A stretch of DNA of 64,000 nt from Gammaproteobacteria bacterium (lineage in GTDB: Bacteria; Pseudomonadota; Gammaproteobacteria; Eutrophobiales; Eutrophobiaceae): positions 562,205 through 626,204 of the forward strand of contig OZ271833.1 of the NCBI GenBank assembly GCA_965601665.1. The letters run 5' to 3'. Positions within the stretch are counted from its first letter, which is position 1. Each line of letters begins with the position of its first letter. Both the position numbers and the translations under genes were made by a program. This document shows positions 58,628-64,000 of the stretch, piece after piece. Under the pieces are notes generated by a model that was not told the origin of the DNA, ran no database searches, and was given only the letters and a program-made list of their open reading frames with translations.

Positions 58628-60260
58628 AGCATTAATCGAGGTAAAAAATCTGACTACCGAGTTCGGTAGCGGTGATAAGGCCGTCAAGGTAGTCGATAAC
58701 GTGAACTTTACGATTAATAAAGGCGAGACGTTTGTATTACTGGGTGAATCAGGCAGCGGTAAGTCGATTACATCAATGTCGATGATGCGCCTGTTGCCGG
58801 CGGCGGCAAGGGTGACCCGTGGTGAGGTGTTGCTGAATGGGAAAGACTTATTCAAGTTACCGGAACGTCAGATGCGCGACATACGCGGCGGCGGTATCGG
58901 CATGATATTCCAGGAACCGCAAACCTCGTTAAACCCGGTATTGAGCGCTGGCCAGCAAATTCAGGAAACCCTGCTACGCCATAAGAGCCTGCCACGTAAG
59001 GACGTTATGAAGCGCAGTATCGAATTGCTTGATGCCGTGGGTATCCCGGAGCCTGATCGACGTATCAATGATTATCCACACCAGTTCTCCGGCGGCATGA
59101 AGCAACGCATCATGATTGCGATTGCACTGGCATGCGAACCGGAATTGTTAATTGCCGATGAGCCTACCACGGCACTGGACGTGACGATCCAGGCACAGGT
59201 GCTCGATTTATTAAAACAGTTACAACGTGATACGGGGATGGCAATACTGTTTATTACCCATGACCTGGGCGTTGCCGCGCAAATGGCCAATCATGTCGCG
59301 GTCATGAAGCAAGGTGTGATCGTTGAACAAAAATCCACGCGCGACCTGTTTGATAACCCTGAGCATCCATATACGCATCAGCTCTTTGATGCGATACCCA
59401 GCTGGGAAAAACGCGTCGCGGAGCAGGGTGGTGTTGATACTGATAAGACGGATCGCGAACAATTGCTAACAGTGACCGATTTAAAAGTGCATTACCCGAT
59501 ACGCAAGGGGGTATTCAAGCGCGTTGTTGGCCACGTCAAGGCGGTTGATGGCGTTTCAATTGATGTGCATAAGGGAGAAACCGTGGCCATCGTAGGCGAA
59601 TCGGGTTCCGGTAAAACCACGATGGGCAAGGGCATCCTGCAGTTACTGCAAACCACTGACGGGGCAGTACAGTTTAACGATACGGATCTTTGCCAGCTGG
59701 ATGCCGATGCACTGCGAAAGAAACGCTCTGATATCCAGATCGTTTTCCAGGATCCTTACTCATCGATGAACCCGCGCATGATGATCCGTGATATCCTGCA
59801 AGAGGGCATGCTGGCCCAGGGAGTCGGAGAAAATCGTGCTGACAGAGACCGGCTCACCGCAGAGCTACTTGAACAGGTTGGCCTGTTAGCGGAGCACCAG
59901 TACCGCTACCCGCATGAATTTTCCGGAGGTCAACGCCAGCGTATCTGTATCGCCCGCGCGCTGGCATTGAAACCGAAATTAATCATCTGTGATGAACCCA
60001 CCAGTGCACTGGATGTGTCAGTGCAGGCACAGATACTTGCCTTGTTGAAAGAGTTGCAGCAGGAATACCAGATCAGTTACCTGTTTATTACGCACAATAT
60101 CAGCGTTGTCGAATACATTGCCCATTATGTTGCTGTAATGTACAAGGGCAAGCTCGTTGAGCAGGGTAAGGTCGACCAGGTATTGCTAAACCCGCAGAAT
60201 GAATACACGCAAAAGCTTTTATCCGCGGTTCCCCGTGTTGAAAACAAGGTAACCGCTTAA
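58620..60260 (+). CDS. ABC transporter ATP-binding protein with duplicated NBDs (fused DppD/DppF-type)
   Basis: It has two full ATPase cassettes. The Walker A motifs are GESGSGKS and GESGSGKT and the signatures are FSGGMKQR and FSGGQRQR. Each has a C-terminal oligopeptide-ABC extension. Confidence 0.9.
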   Translation: MNEALIEVKNLTTEFGSGDKAVKVVDNVNFTINKGETFVLLGESGSGKSITSMSMMRLLPAAARVTRGEVLLNGKDLFKLPERQMRDIRGGGIGMIFQEPQTSLNPVLSAGQQIQETLLRHKSLPRKDVMKRSIELLDAVGIPEPDRRINDYPHQFSGGMKQRIMIAIALACEPELLIADEPTTALDVTIQAQVLDLLKQLQRDTGMAILFITHDLGVAAQMANHVAVMKQGVIVEQKSTRDLFDNPEHPYTHQLFDAIPSWEKRVAEQGGVDTDKTDREQLLTVTDLKVHYPIRKGVFKRVVGHVKAVDGVSIDVHKGETVAIVGESGSGKTTMGKGILQLLQTTDGAVQFNDTDLCQLDADALRKKRSDIQIVFQDPYSSMNPRMMIRDILQEGMLAQGVGENRADRDRLTAELLEQVGLLAEHQYRYPHEFSGGQRQRICIARALALKPKLIICDEPTSALDVSVQAQILALLKELQQEYQISYLFITHNISVVEYIAHYVAVMYKGKLVEQGKVDQVLLNPQNEYTQKLLSAVPRVENKVTA

Positions 60261-60292
60261 TTCAGTGACAAGACTATATCAGCGCTAACCGA

Positions 60293-61624
60293 TTATTCAT
60301 TATCCTGGTTTAGTTGTCCTATTGAAGCGACCACGGAGCCTGTCGCATTACTGATTTGTTCTATCACTGAACTGATTTGATCGACCAGACCGACACCTGC
60401 ATCCACGTCAGATAAACTGGTGTCCATAGAGCTGGTGGCATCTTTTACCAGTTCGAGGTTTTTAGTCACTACGCTGGCAATTTCCGAGGTTGACGCCGAT
60501 GTCCTTGCAGCCAGTTGCCTGACTTCATCAGCAACAACGGCAAAACCGCGACCCTGTTCACCGGCCCGTGCAGCCTCGATAGCAGCATTCAACGCAAGTA
60601 AATTGGTTTGGTCGGCAATGTCGCTGATCGTCTTGACAATATTTTTTATCTGGTCTGCCTGTGTATTCAGTTCATTCAACGTCGCTGAGGCCTTCTGAAT
60701 ATTACTGGCCAGATCGTTCATCAGTACTCTTGAGTTTGATGCAACGTTGGTCCCTTCTATTGCCGCTTTTTCAGTTTCCATTGATGTAGCGCTGGCGACT
60801 TCCTGTGCATTTTGCGCACGGTTAACCCGTTCCGTAATGTCAGAAGCAAACTTAATGACCCTGATCAGTTTCCCTTTGACGTCATAGATAGGACTATAAC
60901 TGGCTTCAAGCCATACGGTATCACCATTGCTGTTAACTCGCTTGAAGCGTCCTTGCATGTGTTCACCTCGACCCAGTCGGTCCCAGAATTGCCTGTACTC
61001 CGCTGAGTTAGCCAACTCTTCAGTACAAAACATACGGTGATGTTGACCAACAATGTCTTTCAGTTCGTAGCCTGCGGTTAACAGGAAGTTCTGGTTGGCA
61101 TTGATAATTGTGCCATCAAGTTCGAATTCGATAACGGCCATGGTCTGATTTACGGCCTCGATAGTGCATTTCTGTAGATGAAGATCGTTAGTCGTGTCCG
61201 TTATATCAGCAGCGATCTTGATAATCTTGATAACTTCGCCGTCAGTTGACAAGACCGGGTAATACGTTGCGTCCAACCATATTGTTTTGTCTGCGCTGGT
61301 GATGCGCTCTACCGTATCCGATAAATATTCGCCGGCATTCAGTTTATCCCAGTGATCTGCGTACTCCTGGCTCTGGGCATATTCCGGTTTACAGAACATG
61401 CGATGGTGTTGGCCGACAATGTCATCCAGCGTGTAGCCCATGGCCTGTTGGAAGTTCTTGTTGGCGGTAATAATTGTTGCATCAGGATTAAATTCAATAA
61501 TGGCCATTGAGCGGTCCAATGCCTCGTATTTCGCGCGTAAATCTGTGTTTTGCAGTTCAAGCTCGGCAATGCGTTTGGCCTGTTCAGCAATAAGTTTGTT
61601 CTTTATTGATATGGACTTAAACAT
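60293..61624 (-). CDS. soluble methyl-accepting chemotaxis protein with tandem PAS domains
   Basis: It has two near-identical PAS repeats ([38 protein letters not shown] and [38 protein letters not shown]) and a C-terminal MCP signalling domain (…[31 protein letters not shown]…). It has no TM helices. Confidence 0.85.
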   Translation of the reverse strand: MFKSISIKNKLIAEQAKRIAELELQNTDLRAKYEALDRSMAIIEFNPDATIITANKNFQQAMGYTLDDIVGQHHRMFCKPEYAQSQEYADHWDKLNAGEYLSDTVERITSADKTIWLDATYYPVLSTDGEVIKIIKIAADITDTTNDLHLQKCTIEAVNQTMAVIEFELDGTIINANQNFLLTAGYELKDIVGQHHRMFCTEELANSAEYRQFWDRLGRGEHMQGRFKRVNSNGDTVWLEASYSPIYDVKGKLIRVIKFASDITERVNRAQNAQEVASATSMETEKAAIEGTNVASNSRVLMNDLASNIQKASATLNELNTQADQIKNIVKTISDIADQTNLLALNAAIEAARAGEQGRGFAVVADEVRQLAARTSASTSEIASVVTKNLELVKDATSSMDTSLSDVDAGVGLVDQISSVIEQISNATGSVVASIGQLNQDNE

Positions 61625-61969
61625 AGTAACCTACTGAATTGCTTATTATTTTAGTATTGAAAAAAATCACTTTCGTATTATGTTGCAATCTATAAATCGA
61701 CATCTTGTTGCCAAACTTTAGTCATTCGCTGGGTTGTTACGCTACCTCGTGGGTTCGCCGCTGTTCCGGGCAGCGGTTGAAGTTATGTCGTACCTGGTAG
61801 GCAGGCAACTGGCAGTGGATAGCGTCGTGTCTATGTACTCAACGTATATCAATTACTGGCGTGCCGGCATCGACACCGACAAGGTGTGAACAATGAATGA
61901 AAATTCGTATGCTTTTTACTTTCGCAAGTGAGGACTACAATAGCTATTTTGTCGATGGAGATGAACTAT

Positions 61970-63127
61970 ATGGAACGAATTGGCCAGTTCTTGCTCGCTT
62001 TATGTTTAAGTTGTGTGGTTTTGTTCTCTCATGCACATGGCGACTGGGAAGAAATTGGCTATACCACTGGCAAGGCGGCAATGGACAATCGTTCACTCAG
62101 TAAACCCGCACGCAACAGCATCTATTCCTGTAATTTTTCCAGCATGGGCAATGCGTTGTCCGGTCGATTCTGGGTTCAACCAGATGGTACGATCTATTTC
62201 CTGAAGAAACCTTTCGTGAAGGGCAGTAGAAACTGGAACGCCAAGCTGAGCATCTCAGAAAGTAACCCAAACACGACGATCACGGGTAACGGCCTGCCCA
62301 GTCATGCGACTGGCGACTTTCCTATTGATCGTAGCTCGACGGCGTATCAATACGATCGTAATCCGTCGTCGATCCGTTCGCAAACTATCCGCTATTCTAT
62401 TCCTGGCAACCCCGGGATCGCCGAAGAGCCGACTTGCTTGCCCATGGGTACGATTGGGATTGCGTTTACCGGTGGTGCCTTTTTCAATGCGCTGGATGCC
62501 GAGCGCCGTGATGCCGTGGCTAACGAGATCTTTGACGCCTGCGAGGGCCATCCGCAACCACAGGGTTTATATCACTACCATCACAACTCGCCGTGCTTTG
62601 AACAGGGCGAGGACAATGAACATTCACCACAGGTTGGGTATGCGCTGGACGGTTTTGGTATCTATGGTCCAAAAGATGAGGGCGGTAAGTTGATAAGCAA
62701 TAGCGAACTGGATGAATGCCATGGCCATGTTGGCAAAGCTGTCGACAGGAATGGCAATACCATTAACGAGTATCACTATCATATTAATAATGAGTTTCCG
62801 TATACCCTGGGTTGTTTCAAGGGCGAAATTGAAGAATCAATGCTTAACATGCGACCACCCGGAGGTGAAGGACCCTCGGGTTATGGTGGTGGTCGTGAAG
62901 CTGGGCTAAGAGGTGGCCCATCAGGTGGAGACAGGCAAGGCGGCCCTGATGGTATGCGCGGCGGCCGACCGGATCTATCGAAAGCTGCAAAACAACTGGG
63001 TGTCAGTGAACGAGACTTGATGCGCGCACTGGGCCCACCACCACCGGATTTCAGGAGCGCCGCGCAGAAGCTGGGTGTGAGTGAGAGAGACTTGCAGGAA
63101 GCGATGCGGCCAGCAGGTGCACCTTGA
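61970..63127 (+). CDS. YHYH-family secreted protein with Gly/Pro-rich low-complexity region and duplicated C-terminal motif
   Basis: It has a signal peptide and the family-defining motifs GLYHYHHN and NEYHYHIN. The C-terminus is …GGEGPSGYGGGREAGLRGGPSGGDRQGGPDGMRGG…, followed by two copies of A(A/Q)KQLGVSERDL. The start was chosen at the ATG that follows a GGAGA RBS. Confidence 0.6.
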   Translation: MERIGQFLLALCLSCVVLFSHAHGDWEEIGYTTGKAAMDNRSLSKPARNSIYSCNFSSMGNALSGRFWVQPDGTIYFLKKPFVKGSRNWNAKLSISESNPNTTITGNGLPSHATGDFPIDRSSTAYQYDRNPSSIRSQTIRYSIPGNPGIAEEPTCLPMGTIGIAFTGGAFFNALDAERRDAVANEIFDACEGHPQPQGLYHYHHNSPCFEQGEDNEHSPQVGYALDGFGIYGPKDEGGKLISNSELDECHGHVGKAVDRNGNTINEYHYHINNEFPYTLGCFKGEIEESMLNMRPPGGEGPSGYGGGREAGLRGGPSGGDRQGGPDGMRGGRPDLSKAAKQLGVSERDLMRALGPPPPDFRSAAQKLGVSERDLQEAMRPAGAP

Positions 63128-63159
63128 TTAATTGATAGCTTTAGCAACGCTATGGACTC

Positions 63160-63780
63160 ATGGATTTAAACAAGTTGGAAAAACTGACGATTGGTCACTA
63201 TAACGATCGTGCCCAGTCTTTTTGGGAGGGCACGCGCGACCATGATGTGAGTCAGAATATTCAGGCCTTGCTGAGTGCATGCCCCGAAAAAGATCGTCTT
63301 GATATCCTCGATTTTGGCTGTGGCCCGGGGCGGGACCTATACACTTTCAAATCATTAGGTCATCGTCCCGTAGGACTTGATGGCAGCGCCGCTTTTTGTG
63401 CCATGGCCAGCGACTATGGCGGTTGTGAGGTATTGCATCAGCAGTTCCTCAAACTTGAACTGGAAGAAAACCGTTTCGATGCCGTGTTTGCCAATGCTTC
63501 TCTATTCCATATACCAGCACGGGAGTTGCCGCGCGTGTTAAATCAACTGCACCAGACGTTACGACCGGAAGGAATCCTGTTCTCATCCAACCCGCGCGGT
63601 GTTTCCGAGGGGTTTTACGGCGAAAGGTATGGCCACTATATGGAACTGGATGTAACCGCAGACTTTTTACATCAAGCAGGGTTTCAAATTTTGCACCATT
63701 ACTATCGCCCGGCAGGGTTACCGTGCGACCAGCAGCCATGGCTGGCGATTGTAAGCCAGGCATTTGCGAACGAGGGTTAG
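63160..63780 (+). CDS. class I SAM-dependent methyltransferase
   Basis: It has motif I ILDFGCGPGRD and the downstream acidic and post-I motifs. Confidence 0.8.
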   Translation: MDLNKLEKLTIGHYNDRAQSFWEGTRDHDVSQNIQALLSACPEKDRLDILDFGCGPGRDLYTFKSLGHRPVGLDGSAAFCAMASDYGGCEVLHQQFLKLELEENRFDAVFANASLFHIPARELPRVLNQLHQTLRPEGILFSSNPRGVSEGFYGERYGHYMELDVTADFLHQAGFQILHHYYRPAGLPCDQQPWLAIVSQAFANEG

Positions 63781-64000
63781 CTACTCAATGTTTCTTGCAA
63801 GCAGAAATTCTTTGCATAGAACTGATAGATTTACTTTAAGTTAGAAAAGTAAATTGATTCGAATCAGGCAAACTTTACCTAATAATTATATCGATGGGCC
63901 AATACCACGCTGTTTCCTGGCTGTCTCGTTATTCTTTGGTTTTCGATACCAGACAAAAAATGCGTAAAGCAGAACACCTATGACAATGGTGTTGCCAAGG

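Noticed and set aside
60700-61560. Long nucleotide-level repeat inside the MCP gene, considered as a CRISPR-like or mobile repeat
   Set aside because: There are two copies only, both in frame within one CDS, and they encode the duplicated PAS domains. It is not an array and has no spacer structure.

Overview
This 64 kb window is from a gammaproteobacterial chromosome. The anchor is the conserved tRNA-Leu–tig–clpP–clpX–lon–hupB–tRNA-Val–tRNA-Asp–ppiD block at about 42.6–51.2 kb. All GC statements below are judged by eye, not computed.

The left edge (1–1400) is the AT-rich end of an integrated element. It closes with a 3' tRNA-Lys half (putative att repeat) and carries a translationally coupled pair, an XRE-type HTH protein followed by an unknown 220-aa protein. 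The rest looks like ordinary chromosome with several accessory patches:
- a redox/detox cluster (VOC protein, PNPOx-FNR-ferredoxin fusion, AhpD-like protein, divergent LysR regulator);
- a membrane-anchored NERD-domain protein;
- a YbbAP-like ABC exporter with an HlyD adaptor;
- an Ior/aldehyde-oxidase-type two-subunit molybdo-hydroxylase with an XdhC–MocA fusion maturase;
- an AT-rich block with a secreted retropepsin-like protease, a tiny tandem-repeat secreted protein, a cytochrome c'-like protein and a DUF2490 protein;
- a TetR-regulated RND efflux operon, followed by an SDR oxidoreductase and a DUF2147 protein;
- a DabB/DabA-type (MpsAB-like) inorganic-carbon uptake pair under an NhaR-like LysR regulator, with an orphan cysD overlapping the dabA stop;
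- a TonB-dependent receptor broken at an A7 homopolymer;
- a REC-adenylate cyclase next to a 7TMR-DISM diguanylate cyclase;
- an egtB–egtD (ergothioneine) pair directly followed by a standalone molybdopterin oxidoreductase;
- a dicarboxylate symporter and fabI;
- a peptide-type ABC importer with an embedded acyl-CoA thioesterase;
- a soluble tandem-PAS chemoreceptor;
- a YHYH-family secreted protein and a SAM methyltransferase.

I found no CRISPR array, integrase, transposase or reverse transcriptase in the window.

The best candidates for something new are the coupled two-gene island cargo at 37–1274, the egtBD–Mo-enzyme arrangement, and the dabBA–cysD coupling.
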